Origin: a virus
Taxonomy: Duplodnaviria > Heunggongvirae > Uroviricota > Caudoviricetes > Herelleviridae
Length of the DNA stretch: 64,000 nucleotides
Virus record (IMG/VR): IMGVR_UViG_2974502414_000001
Direction: 5' to 3' (one strand)
Below are positions 50,102-59,127 of this stretch, in pieces. A program made the position numbers and the translations under genes. The first letter of the stretch is position 1. Each line of letters opens with the position of its first letter. A model generated the notes under the pieces. The model searched no databases, was not told the origin of the DNA, and saw only the letters and a program-made list of their open reading frames with translations.

Positions 50102-50129
50102 AAGACCAACTAAAAAGTTGGTCTTTTTT
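50102..50129 (+). terminator. Rho-independent terminator
   Basis: AAGACCAACT-aaaa-AGTTGGTCTT plus T-run. Confidence 0.88.
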
Positions 50130-50130
50130 A

Positions 50131-50159
50131 TTGACAATTTATAATATCTATGATACACT
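50131..50159 (+). promoter_or_regulatory. sigmaA-type promoter TTGACA-N17-TACACT
   Basis: Perfect -35, TG extension. Confidence 0.72.
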
Positions 50160-50190
50160 ATATAAGAATTAAGAAAAGGAGGGGAAAGTA

Positions 50191-50451
50191 ATGGATATTC
50201 CAACAATATTATTTAGAAATCCATATGATTATACGAAAGTAAAAAAATTAATGGAAAACAAAGAGCAGTATATTGTAGTAAAGTTTGATTCTGTTTCTGT
50301 TCATAATTTAAATGTTCAAGGTATGATGAATGTCATCCAAGATTACCTACACATCTATGGTTACAGAGTTAAAGAGTACGGACAAGAAAATTCTTCTAAA
50401 GATGATGAAAGAGACGTTAAAGGCTACTTATATGAAAGAGTAGGTGAGTAG
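50191..50451 (+). CDS. Hypothetical protein (86 aa)
   Basis: RBS AAGGAGGGG. Confidence 0.75.
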   Translation: MDIPTILFRNPYDYTKVKKLMENKEQYIVVKFDSVSVHNLNVQGMMNVIQDYLHIYGYRVKEYGQENSSKDDERDVKGYLYERVGE

Positions 50452-50454
50452 GGT

Positions 50455-51210
50455 ATGGGAATTATAGTAAACTCCAACCATATTCAATCAGACACTTTAT
50501 ATGAGTATGATAGCTTTTTTGATATTGAGAAAGTAGATACATTTGAAGAAGGATTGCTTTCAATACAGGATGAGCCAACTGTTTTAGCAGGATTCATCTA
50601 TGATGATATCACATTTAATAAGGTCATTAATTCTAATTCAGATATTGATGATTATATTAAGAATAATGATATTTATTATGTCTCTGATATAGGATTACTT
50701 CCTGATACTTTTATCACTGTTGATTCTGATAGAAAATATTATTCATTATTACAACAGATAACTGAGTTAAGTAAAGACCCTTTTCCTAAATGGGTAGAGG
50801 ATGATGCAAAAGGTTTAACTAAGTATTATAACTTTCAAGATTTTGAAGATGTATTTGATTTAAATAGTTTTTACAAAAAAGAAGTTGACATGGTAAGAGA
50901 AAAGTGCTATAATAATGGTAATGTATATTTATTATATGAGGTTCTGCCTGATTATAAATTACCTCTAGCTTATAGTTTACTTTCAAACAAGGAGCATGGT
51001 ATTGTTATTATCGGTTCACAGACACGTTCTAATAATGATATACTGACTTTTTATGTTAAAGGTATGGATGCTAAGGCAATAGCTAGTATGTTCAATGTAG
51101 AACATGATTATGATTCTAATATTTTCCATACATTTGTAAACAGTCACATTAATATTTTAGGAAATCAAATAACTAAGTTTATAAGAGAGAAAGGAAGCAG
51201 TTATGAGTAA
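50455..51210 (+). CDS. Hypothetical acidic protein (251 aa)
   Basis: Long ORF overlapping next gene. Confidence 0.75.
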   Translation: MGIIVNSNHIQSDTLYEYDSFFDIEKVDTFEEGLLSIQDEPTVLAGFIYDDITFNKVINSNSDIDDYIKNNDIYYVSDIGLLPDTFITVDSDRKYYSLLQQITELSKDPFPKWVEDDAKGLTKYYNFQDFEDVFDLNSFYKKEVDMVREKCYNNGNVYLLYEVLPDYKLPLAYSLLSNKEHGIVIIGSQTRSNNDILTFYVKGMDAKAIASMFNVEHDYDSNIFHTFVNSHINILGNQITKFIREKGSSYE

Positions 51211-52453
51211 CTATAAAACAATAGAAGAAGTACAAGCAGTTATTATTGGGGTATTATTTAAAGATGAAGGTAAAATTGTAACATCTAAGTTTAATAAAAT
51301 TACTAAAGAGTTTGGTTTAGATAGAATCGGTAAAGATGACCTTAAAGAAATTGTAGAGGATATTAGACAAGACGCTTATCTAAATGAACTTAAAAACAAA
51401 GCAATTAAAGGTAAAGTAACGTTAGGTGATTTAAAAGATGTTGCAGATAACCAAGTATTCGAAGGTAATAACTACCATGAAGAAGTATCTACTTATGTAG
51501 TAGCTAAAGAAAAAGAATTGTCTCACTTAAGAGAACAGCGTAAGCACAATAGGCATACTGCATACCCTCAAATTATGTTTGATGAACTTAAAGAACATAT
51601 GGTTAAGGAATTACAAGGGGAAACATTAGTAGAACATCACGGAAGTAAAGCTAATATTAATGATACAGAGCTAATTGTGTTACTATCAGATTTCCATATT
51701 GGAAGTATTGTATCTGATATGACTAATGGTAAATATGATTTTGAAGTTCTTAAATCAAGATTAAATCATTTTATTAATACAACAGTTAAAGAAATTGAAG
51801 ATAGGGAAATTTCTAATGTAACTGTTTACTTTGTTGGGGACTTAGTAGAACATATTAATATGAGAGATGTTAACCAAGCATTTGAAACAGAGTTTACTTT
51901 AGCAGAACAAATCTCTAAAGGTACTCGATTACTTATTGATATCCTAAATGTACTATCTAATGTAGTTTCAGGAGAACTAAGATTTGGTATTATTGGTGGT
52001 AACCATGACCGTATGCAAGGTAACAAGAATCAGAAGATTTATAATGATAACATTGCTTATGTAGTGTTAGATTCTTTATTGTTATTCCAAGAACAAGGGC
52101 TATTAAATGGTGTAGATATTATTGATAATCGTGAAGATATTTATACTATTAGAGATACCTTTGGCGGTAAATCTATTATCATTAACCACGGAGATGGGTT
52201 AAAAGGTAAAGGTAATCATATCAATAAATTTATCTTAGATAGTCATATTGACTTATTAATTACAGGTCATGTACATCATTTCTCAGTAAAACAAGAAGAT
52301 TTTAATAGAATGCACATCGTAGCTTCATCTCCGATGGGATATAATAACTATGCTAAAGAGTTACATTTATCAAAAACTAAACCTTCACAGCAGTTATTAT
52401 TTGTAAATAAGGAAAATAAAGATATTGATATTAAAACAGTATTTTTAGATTAA
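51203..52453 (+). CDS. Calcineurin-like metallophosphoesterase (416 aa)
   Basis: SDFHIG, GDLVE, GNHDR, NHGDG, GHVHH. Confidence 0.85.
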   Translation: MSNYKTIEEVQAVIIGVLFKDEGKIVTSKFNKITKEFGLDRIGKDDLKEIVEDIRQDAYLNELKNKAIKGKVTLGDLKDVADNQVFEGNNYHEEVSTYVVAKEKELSHLREQRKHNRHTAYPQIMFDELKEHMVKELQGETLVEHHGSKANINDTELIVLLSDFHIGSIVSDMTNGKYDFEVLKSRLNHFINTTVKEIEDREISNVTVYFVGDLVEHINMRDVNQAFETEFTLAEQISKGTRLLIDILNVLSNVVSGELRFGIIGGNHDRMQGNKNQKIYNDNIAYVVLDSLLLFQEQGLLNGVDIIDNREDIYTIRDTFGGKSIIINHGDGLKGKGNHINKFILDSHIDLLITGHVHHFSVKQEDFNRMHIVASSPMGYNNYAKELHLSKTKPSQQLLFVNKENKDIDIKTVFLD

Positions 52454-52466
52454 GGATGGTTAATAA

Positions 52467-52835
52467 ATGGATACAATTTTTATTATAGGTGTAGCGTTTA
52501 TAACTTTTGCAACATTTAACATAGTCTTTAGATTATTTGATTTATGGACTACAGAGAAAAAAATGGTAAGTCAAGGACAACCTCCACTAAGTAACTTTGA
52601 GTACTATCATGTGATAGTACCTTACTTAGTAGGTGTTATTGTTATTATACTGAGTATTATTTTTAGGGATTCCTTGTATTCCGCACAATCAGGGTTCGGT
52701 GTTATTATTACAAGCTTTATTTACATGCTAGTTTATGTTATAATTGGTCTTGTAGGGTCATTTGTACTTACAATATTCCAAGCTAGAAAAGCTAGACAGT
52801 ATCAAACACAGGAGGATAATAATGAAGTTCAATGA
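52467..52835 (+). CDS. Membrane protein (122 aa, about 3 TM segments)
   Basis: Three hydrophobic stretches; RBS AAGGATGG. Confidence 0.75.
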   Translation: MDTIFIIGVAFITFATFNIVFRLFDLWTTEKKMVSQGQPPLSNFEYYHVIVPYLVGVIVIILSIIFRDSLYSAQSGFGVIITSFIYMLVYVIIGLVGSFVLTIFQARKARQYQTQEDNNEVQ

Positions 52836-53133
52836 TATTTATGAGCAATTAATTAAAAATGATACAGTACAAAACATTCATGAGTCTCAAGATGACAAAG
52901 GAAATATTTATACAATACAGTTTGATAAAGGTAATGATAAGTATTTATTTAATGTTATTAATGATGGATTCTTGAAAGAAATGACAAATGGTATGGTAGA
53001 CCATCCTGAAGGTCAGCCATATTCAGTAAGTTTAATCAATAAAGAAACACCTAGTATGTCAGTGAAACAATATTTAACAGATGTAGAAGATATTGTACCT
53101 ACTATTAGAAAAATGGAAAAGGATTTCTTATAG
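52822..53133 (+). CDS. Hypothetical protein (103 aa)
   Basis: RBS AGGAGG favours ATG 52822. Confidence 0.75.
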   Translation: MKFNDIYEQLIKNDTVQNIHESQDDKGNIYTIQFDKGNDKYLFNVINDGFLKEMTNGMVDHPEGQPYSVSLINKETPSMSVKQYLTDVEDIVPTIRKMEKDFL

Positions 53134-53176
53134 AGTCAAGTCTTTACTTGACTCTTTTTACTATATATGGTATATT
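53132..53176 (+). promoter_or_regulatory. Composite terminator/promoter: hairpin AGAGTCAAG-N6-CTTGACTCT whose 3' arm is the -35 (TTGACT-N17-TATATT)
   Basis: Direct reading; second copy at 59126. Confidence 0.78.
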
Positions 53177-53196
53177 AATATAGAGGTGACTTAAAA

Positions 53197-53733
53197 ATGG
53201 ATTTTAATTTTAGTGCTTTTGATAATAGCTCATTAGCAATGAGAATTAGTGAGGGTGTATACTATTTCAATGATACGCCTTATTACTTTATTGAGCATGT
53301 AGAAGAAGAAATGTCTGAGTATGTTATTGTATATGACATACATGACAGAGAGGAAAAAGAAAATCCTCAGAAGAAATATAGAATAGAACCTTACCAACGT
53401 ACAATACCGGGAGGAACACCTCTTAGTAATTTAATTAAGAGTATGATGCCTCAACGTAAGTATCCTAAGAAGGTTACAGAAGACCCTATATTTGTAGCTA
53501 ATGTTATTCCTTTAGGAACAGATACAGTAACAGGTAAAACCGGTAAAGGATTTTTTGAAAGAGATAAGGATAGAACTATCTATTCTCAAAAGGAACCAAC
53601 TAAAGTCGTTCATGGTCAATACACAGGTGTTTTTATAGGTCTAACAAGTGTTAAGTGGAATAGAACATATACCCCCTTAGAAAGTGTTGTTGAGTACTAC
53701 AAAAGGGTTAAAGGAGATAGGTTAAATGTCTAA
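53197..53733 (+). CDS. Hypothetical protein (178 aa)
   Basis: RBS GAGGTG. Confidence 0.75.
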   Translation: MDFNFSAFDNSSLAMRISEGVYYFNDTPYYFIEHVEEEMSEYVIVYDIHDREEKENPQKKYRIEPYQRTIPGGTPLSNLIKSMMPQRKYPKKVTEDPIFVANVIPLGTDTVTGKTGKGFFERDKDRTIYSQKEPTKVVHGQYTGVFIGLTSVKWNRTYTPLESVVEYYKRVKGDRLNV

Positions 53734-54493
53734 TGATGTAGTTAAGTTCTATGAAAAAGATATTAAAGACCTTATCAGAACTAAAAAACACATGTTCAAA
53801 GACGATGAAATAACTAGTGATATAAACGATATACGAATCTTCAATGAGAAAGTCATTTGTCAAGGTAAATGTAGAACAGATTGTTTAGTGTTAGACCGTA
53901 ATGGTACAGTAATGGGTATAGAGATAAAAACAGAACGAGACTCTACACAAAGATTAAATAACCAATTAAAATATTATAGTCTAGTATGTAAGTATGTATA
54001 TGTAATGTGCCATGACAAACATGTACCTAAAGTAGAACAAATACTTAAAAGGTACAAACATAATCATGTAGGTATAATGAGTTACATTAGTTTTAAAGGC
54101 AAACCTGTTGTAGGTAAATACAAAGATGCTACACCATCACCACATAGAAGCCCTTATCATACAATGAATATATTATGGAAGACAAACTTAATGACAATAC
54201 TTAGATTGATTAGAGACCCTCATACGTATAGAACAGGGTATAGCTATAATGCTAGTGGTAGATATAGTGGAGGGGAAGGTAATTTCTCCCAAACAACTCA
54301 AAGTAAAAGAATGAAAAAACCTGCTATTATTAACCAAATAATTCATTATGTAGGGGTAGATAATACTTATAAACTCTTTACAAGAGGTGTTATCTATGGT
54401 TATAATAATAGGTGGGAAGTTATAGAAGAAGATTTCTTTAATACTATGAAGAATGGGGTAAGAGTAATTAATGAGCAAAGACAAACCAAATAG
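53726..54493 (+). CDS. sce7726-like PD-(D/E)xK nuclease-fold protein (255 aa)
   Basis: CRTDCLVL...GIEIKTERDSTQRLNNQLKYY matches the RAD...EIKSERDSL.RL..Q..Y pattern. Confidence 0.65.
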   Translation: MSNDVVKFYEKDIKDLIRTKKHMFKDDEITSDINDIRIFNEKVICQGKCRTDCLVLDRNGTVMGIEIKTERDSTQRLNNQLKYYSLVCKYVYVMCHDKHVPKVEQILKRYKHNHVGIMSYISFKGKPVVGKYKDATPSPHRSPYHTMNILWKTNLMTILRLIRDPHTYRTGYSYNASGRYSGGEGNFSQTTQSKRMKKPAIINQIIHYVGVDNTYKLFTRGVIYGYNNRWEVIEEDFFNTMKNGVRVINEQRQTK

Positions 54494-54917
54494 ACGTAAA
54501 GAGATACAGCATCAACCTGTTAACTTTGCCCCTACGAATACTTTAACAGGAGCTAATAATAGTTTCTTTGCTAAAAAGCCTTCAGAGCCTAAAGATGCAA
54601 CATCTGTTATTGAATATCGTATACTATTTATTAAAAGATTTGATAACGTAACAAGTACAGATGTGAAATTACAGAAAAAGTATGCACTAAATCTTATTAG
54701 TGAAGCACTTGATGTTAAAGAAACTTACTTGTCTCTTAAGCAAAAAGGAAAAAAAACAGAATCTATTTTGCATACAGATAGAGTTTATTATGTTCATAGA
54801 GGTAAAAAACTTATTGGAAAGTGTAGTATCAGAGAACAAAGAACATTTAAGGGTAAACATTTGATATTTATATTCAAAACAAGACATAGAGTTAAAGCAG
54901 AAAGGAAAGATAAATAA
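54471..54917 (+). CDS. Basic hypothetical protein (148 aa)
   Basis: K/R-rich ORF coupled to neighbours. Confidence 0.72.
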   Translation: MSKDKPNRRKEIQHQPVNFAPTNTLTGANNSFFAKKPSEPKDATSVIEYRILFIKRFDNVTSTDVKLQKKYALNLISEALDVKETYLSLKQKGKKTESILHTDRVYYVHRGKKLIGKCSIREQRTFKGKHLIFIFKTRHRVKAERKDK

Positions 54918-55780
54918 TGTTAAAAGGATTTTCAGAACATGTAGACAAACCTACAACTATTAAGACCTTATACAAGACCTTAACAAGTGGTAAAGTAGAA
55001 TTACTAGGTGTATCCTACGATAGTGATTACTTCCCTTCAGGTGTTACAGTACAATCTTACATTGAGGATATAGGTAATGAAGATGAGGGTCTACAGTTTG
55101 TTAATAAGGTAAATGTAGTAGAATCAATGAAACAGGCTGTAGTAGGTATGAATAATCAATTAGGTTCTTCAGGTCTTGGCTATGTGAGAACTGAACAACT
55201 TAAAAAAGAGTTGGAAGAGACTGGACTAATGACAGATTTACTTGCTAGAGGTACTAACTTAACCTCTACTAAGAAAGTAGATATTGTAAGTACTTTTATT
55301 GAGCCTGAGGTAACATACCAAAATATTACTATAGCTAAAGATATTAAACTACGTTTGTATAAAGTAGAAGAAGAATCACCATTAAATGGTTACACTCATA
55401 TTGTATACTTACTTACTACAGAAAAACTATATGATGGTCAAACACTCTTCGGTATGCTCTCTAAAAAAGATAAGTTATCTAAAGGAGATACTGATAAATT
55501 ATTAGCATTCTTCAGAAACAATAGTTTAATAAGTAAAAGTGTATTTTGTGTTAAGTTATTAAGTAAAGACTACTACTTTAATTTATATAATACACATGAG
55601 ACAGGGATATTCTTTTTAGAAGACACAGATGTTATTACTATTGCTTGTGGTCAGTCATATGTTAAAGTTAACACTAAAGATATTAAGTCTAGTTATGTTA
55701 AAATTGAAGATAAGACTCATAAATTAACTGAGCTAGTAATTAACCTAAAGGGTGACGACACATTAACTATTTTATTCTAG
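54917..55780 (+). CDS. Hypothetical protein (287 aa)
   Basis: TAATG coupling, long ORF. Confidence 0.78.
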   Translation: MLKGFSEHVDKPTTIKTLYKTLTSGKVELLGVSYDSDYFPSGVTVQSYIEDIGNEDEGLQFVNKVNVVESMKQAVVGMNNQLGSSGLGYVRTEQLKKELEETGLMTDLLARGTNLTSTKKVDIVSTFIEPEVTYQNITIAKDIKLRLYKVEEESPLNGYTHIVYLLTTEKLYDGQTLFGMLSKKDKLSKGDTDKLLAFFRNNSLISKSVFCVKLLSKDYYFNLYNTHETGIFFLEDTDVITIACGQSYVKVNTKDIKSSYVKIEDKTHKLTELVINLKGDDTLTILF

Positions 55781-56151
55781 GAAAATGTTATAAATATGTG
55801 ATAATTAAGTATAAATATACGTTATATAAGAAGTTTTCATAATGTTTTTAATACAGAAACTAGTTAAGTTTTTTCTACTTGCTCTAGTTTCTGTGAAATT
55901 ATATTTATGAAAAGTTAAAATATCTTTTAGGTAAAGGCTTTGTAAATAGTTAAAAAATATATTAAAATTTTATACAAAGTAGTTAATAAAATTATATTAC
56001 ATTTATATATTATGAAATAATAACAGAAATTGTGATATATTATATAGTGTAACCTTGAAACAGTTGATGTTGTAGGGTTTGTTTATGTTCGTTAAACTGG
56101 TTTCAGAACATCAGTTACCATAAATAAATGACAGTTAAGGAGAGCTATATA
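55781..56151. other. Largest intergenic region (371 nt), very AT-rich, with extended hairpin and structured leader
   Basis: No ORF; inverted repeats at 55834-55913 and 56049-56118. Confidence 0.6.
56033..56042 (+). promoter_or_regulatory. Putative late promoter TGATATATTA
   Basis: Identical 10-mer to 7851; no -35. Confidence 0.55.
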
Positions 56152-56883
56152 ATGGCTAGAAAAAAGAATTTAAGAAATAAAAACAGTGATATAAAAGTTG
56201 TTCCTGATAAAGAAAAAGAAAGTATATTATCTAAGTTATACCATAATAAGTTACTACGTTCAAAGGTAGATAATGCATTAGATGAAGATATGAGTTATGA
56301 TGATATTATAGAATTATGTAAAGAATATGATTTAGAATTGTCTAAATCAGCTATTACAAGATATAAAAGTAAAAGAAAAGAAGCTATTGAAAATGGTTGG
56401 GATTTAGGAGAATTAATTGATAAACGTAAAAAAACAAGTGTAAAAGATATTAAGGAAAAAGAAACTCCTATATTAGAAGAGGAGCAACTTTCTCCATTCG
56501 AACAATCAAAACATCACACACAAACAATTTATGATGATATTCAAGTACTAGATATGATTATTTCTAAAGGTGCAAAAGGATTAGAGTTTGTGGAAACTTT
56601 AGACCCTGCTTTAATGATACGTGCAATGGAAACTAAAGATAAGATTACCGGAAATCAATTAAAAGGTATGTCATTTATTGGACTTAGAGAATTACAATTA
56701 AAACAAACAGCTCAAGATACAGCTATGAGTGAAGTATTATTAGAATTTATACCTGAAGAGAAACATGAAGAGGTATTACAACGATTAGAAGAACTACAAA
56801 ATGAATTCTACAAAAATCTAGATTTAGATGAGGAAAGTAGAAAATTAAAAGAAGCTCTTGATAGAGTAGGCTATACAATTTAG
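56152..56883 (+). CDS. HTH-containing protein (243 aa), DUF3486/Mu gp27-like pattern
   Basis: MSYDDIIELCKEYDLELSKSAITRYKS HTH followed by helical region; RBS AAGGAG favours ATG 56152. Confidence 0.6.
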   Translation: MARKKNLRNKNSDIKVVPDKEKESILSKLYHNKLLRSKVDNALDEDMSYDDIIELCKEYDLELSKSAITRYKSKRKEAIENGWDLGELIDKRKKTSVKDIKEKETPILEEEQLSPFEQSKHHTQTIYDDIQVLDMIISKGAKGLEFVETLDPALMIRAMETKDKITGNQLKGMSFIGLRELQLKQTAQDTAMSEVLLEFIPEEKHEEVLQRLEELQNEFYKNLDLDEESRKLKEALDRVGYTI

Positions 56884-56900
56884 ATAGTGAGGTTAGAGTA

Positions 56901-57359
56901 ATGGCAGATGAGATTAGTTTAAATCCAATACAAGATGCTAAGCCAATTGACGATATAGTAGATATCATGACATACTTAAAAAACGGGAAAGTACTGAGAG
57001 TTAAACAAGACAACCAAGGAGATATCCTTGTTAGAATGAGTCCAGGGAAACACAAATTTACTGAAGTATCTAGAGACTTAGATAAAGAATCATTCTACTA
57101 TAAAAGGCATTGGGTTCTCTATAATGTATCTGTTAACTCTCTTATAACATTTGATGTTTATCTAGATGAAGAATATTCAGAAACAACTAAGGTTAAGTAT
57201 CCTAAAGATACTATTGTAGAATATACAAGAGAAGACCAAGAAAAAGATGTTGCTATGATTAAAGAAATACTTACAGATAATAATGGTAATTATTTCTATG
57301 CACTTACAGGGGAAACAATGCTCTTTGATGAAAATAAATTAAATAAAGTTAAAGATTAG
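56901..57359 (+). CDS. Hypothetical protein (152 aa)
   Basis: RBS GAGG. Confidence 0.75.
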   Translation: MADEISLNPIQDAKPIDDIVDIMTYLKNGKVLRVKQDNQGDILVRMSPGKHKFTEVSRDLDKESFYYKRHWVLYNVSVNSLITFDVYLDEEYSETTKVKYPKDTIVEYTREDQEKDVAMIKEILTDNNGNYFYALTGETMLFDENKLNKVKD

Positions 57360-57361
57360 GG

Positions 57362-57390
57362 TTGACAGCTCCTATAGTTTATGATATAGT
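57362..57390 (+). promoter_or_regulatory. sigmaA-type promoter TTGACA-N17-TATAGT
   Basis: Consensus with TG. Confidence 0.8.
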
Positions 57391-57423
57391 ATATGTATAC
57401 TAAAAGTAAAGGAGCTAACAATT

Positions 57424-57867
57424 ATGTTTATTTCATTAAATCAAGAAGAGAAAGAATTATTAACTAAAGAGGAAAGTAAATACACACCATTAGAAACATC
57501 AAGAGAGTTTAACACACCTAAAGAAGAATTCATTGTAACAAGCTATAATGAAGGTAAACCTTTAGATTACATTGCAAAAGAAGCTAAGGTAAGTATGGGA
57601 TTAATTTACACAGTTCTAAACTACTATAAAGTAGGTAAGCGTAATAAGAAATCACCTGTAGAAGAAAGAATTGCACATATCTTAAAAGATAAAAACTTAG
57701 TCAAAGAGATTATTAAGGATTACCAATATATGAATTTACAGGACATTTATAGTAAATATAATCTTCATAAGAATGGTTTATATTACATCTTAGATTTATA
57801 CCATGTGGAGAGAAAATCTGAACTTAAGGACAAAGCATTAGAAGAGGATAATATTGTCGTTGAGTAA
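57424..57867 (+). CDS. Tandem-HTH putative DNA-binding protein (147 aa)
   Basis: SYNEGKPLDYIAKEAKVSMGLIYTVL and a second similar MNLQDIYSKYNLHKNGLYYIL unit. Confidence 0.6.
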   Translation: MFISLNQEEKELLTKEESKYTPLETSREFNTPKEEFIVTSYNEGKPLDYIAKEAKVSMGLIYTVLNYYKVGKRNKKSPVEERIAHILKDKNLVKEIIKDYQYMNLQDIYSKYNLHKNGLYYILDLYHVERKSELKDKALEEDNIVVE

Positions 57868-57883
57868 GTAAAGAGGTTATAAT

Positions 57884-58588
57884 ATGAGAAATAAAAAATC
57901 ATTTCAAGAGCAGTTAAATGACATGCGTAATAAAGAGAAATGGGTATCTGAAGAGGAGTTCACTGAAGAAGTGGCTCCTCCTGAAGAACCTGAAGTAGAA
58001 GAAGAAAAACTATATACTTTAAATGAGTTAAAAGAGAGCTTACTAGATGCTCAAGGATTAAAAGATGTTGTAGCTGATTTTCCTGCATCTAAAGATTTAT
58101 ATGAACCTAATAAGTTATATATCTGTACAATACCTAAAGGATATCAGTCTACCGAAGTACAACCAGGACAATATATTGGTATTAGTACTGGATTATTATC
58201 AGAGTCAGAAGACTTCAGCCATTTAAGAGGTCAAATGCCTAGAAACTTATATGAAACTTCTCATGTTTTAAAACCTTTGATACGTATTAATAATACAAAT
58301 ATTGAATACCAACAACATGAGTTACTTGAAGACATTAAGGATGACAAAAAGATATATGATGTAGAGTTAGAAGACTTAAGATTAGCAACAGGAGAAGAAG
58401 TTTCTCATTTAGAAATTGTTGATAATAAGTTTTTTGAAAGTCGTATTAATGAAGTTCTTGACCGATACACTGAACTAACGGATTCCAATGATTTACTTAA
58501 GTACTATAGTAAATTACGAGAATTAGTAGGTAGTGACAAAATGATTTATTGTTCACTCCTCGATAAATGTGTTAAAATTATAGATTAA
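57884..58588 (+). CDS. Hypothetical acidic protein (234 aa)
   Basis: RBS GAGG. Confidence 0.75.
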   Translation: MRNKKSFQEQLNDMRNKEKWVSEEEFTEEVAPPEEPEVEEEKLYTLNELKESLLDAQGLKDVVADFPASKDLYEPNKLYICTIPKGYQSTEVQPGQYIGISTGLLSESEDFSHLRGQMPRNLYETSHVLKPLIRINNTNIEYQQHELLEDIKDDKKIYDVELEDLRLATGEEVSHLEIVDNKFFESRINEVLDRYTELTDSNDLLKYYSKLRELVGSDKMIYCSLLDKCVKIID

Positions 58589-58593
58589 TAGTA

Positions 58594-58632
58594 GTCTCCT
58601 CTTATATTATAATTGTAAGAGGGGACATTTTT
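58594..58632 (+). terminator. 13-bp hairpin with T-tail enclosing TCTTATATTA and TATAAT promoter motifs
   Basis: GTCTCCTCTTATA pairs with TGTAAGAGGGGAC. Confidence 0.65.
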
Positions 58633-58649
58633 GTATAGAGGTGTTAATT

Positions 58650-59048
58650 ATGTCAAGAAAAGCAAGTATATTCTATATACTAGTGGTTATTGTTTTGGCT
58701 TTCTCTATCTCATCTTATTATATATCTTCTTTCATGTATCACGACAAAGCAAAAAATGAAGTCTCTACTGAGTTATCGAACACAGGAAAGATTAAAGAAG
58801 AAAAGAACGTAGAATTTGTCGGTGACTACACATTGAAAAAAGTGGAAGATAATAAAGCTTATTTTATGGAAACATTACCTACTTACCTACCAGGTAGAAC
58901 AGGAGATAACAGCATAGATATGAGGTACTACAAAACAAGTAGATTTAAGGAAGGGGTAAATTTCAAGCTTATTAGGGTATATACTGAAGATGGAGAAGAT
59001 AATCCAATTCATAAGTATAGGTTTGAAGCAGTACCAACCAAAAAGTAA
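58650..59048 (+). CDS. Membrane-anchored protein (132 aa)
   Basis: N-terminal MSRK plus hydrophobic anchor; RBS GAGGTG. Confidence 0.75.
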   Translation: MSRKASIFYILVVIVLAFSISSYYISSFMYHDKAKNEVSTELSNTGKIKEEKNVEFVGDYTLKKVEDNKAYFMETLPTYLPGRTGDNSIDMRYYKTSRFKEGVNFKLIRVYTEDGEDNPIHKYRFEAVPTKK

Positions 59049-59064
59049 TAAGGAGGTGACTTAA

Positions 59065-59127
59065 ATGACAACATTAATTGTCGTCATCTTTATTGCTATC
59101 ATTTATTACTTATGGAACAGTGATTGA
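59065..59127 (+). CDS. 20-aa hydrophobic miniprotein MTTLIVVIFIAIIYYLWNSD (missed by ORF track)
   Basis: Strong RBS AAGGAGGTG; single TM-length helix; stop runs into terminator. Confidence 0.65.
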   Translation: MTTLIVVIFIAIIYYLWNSD

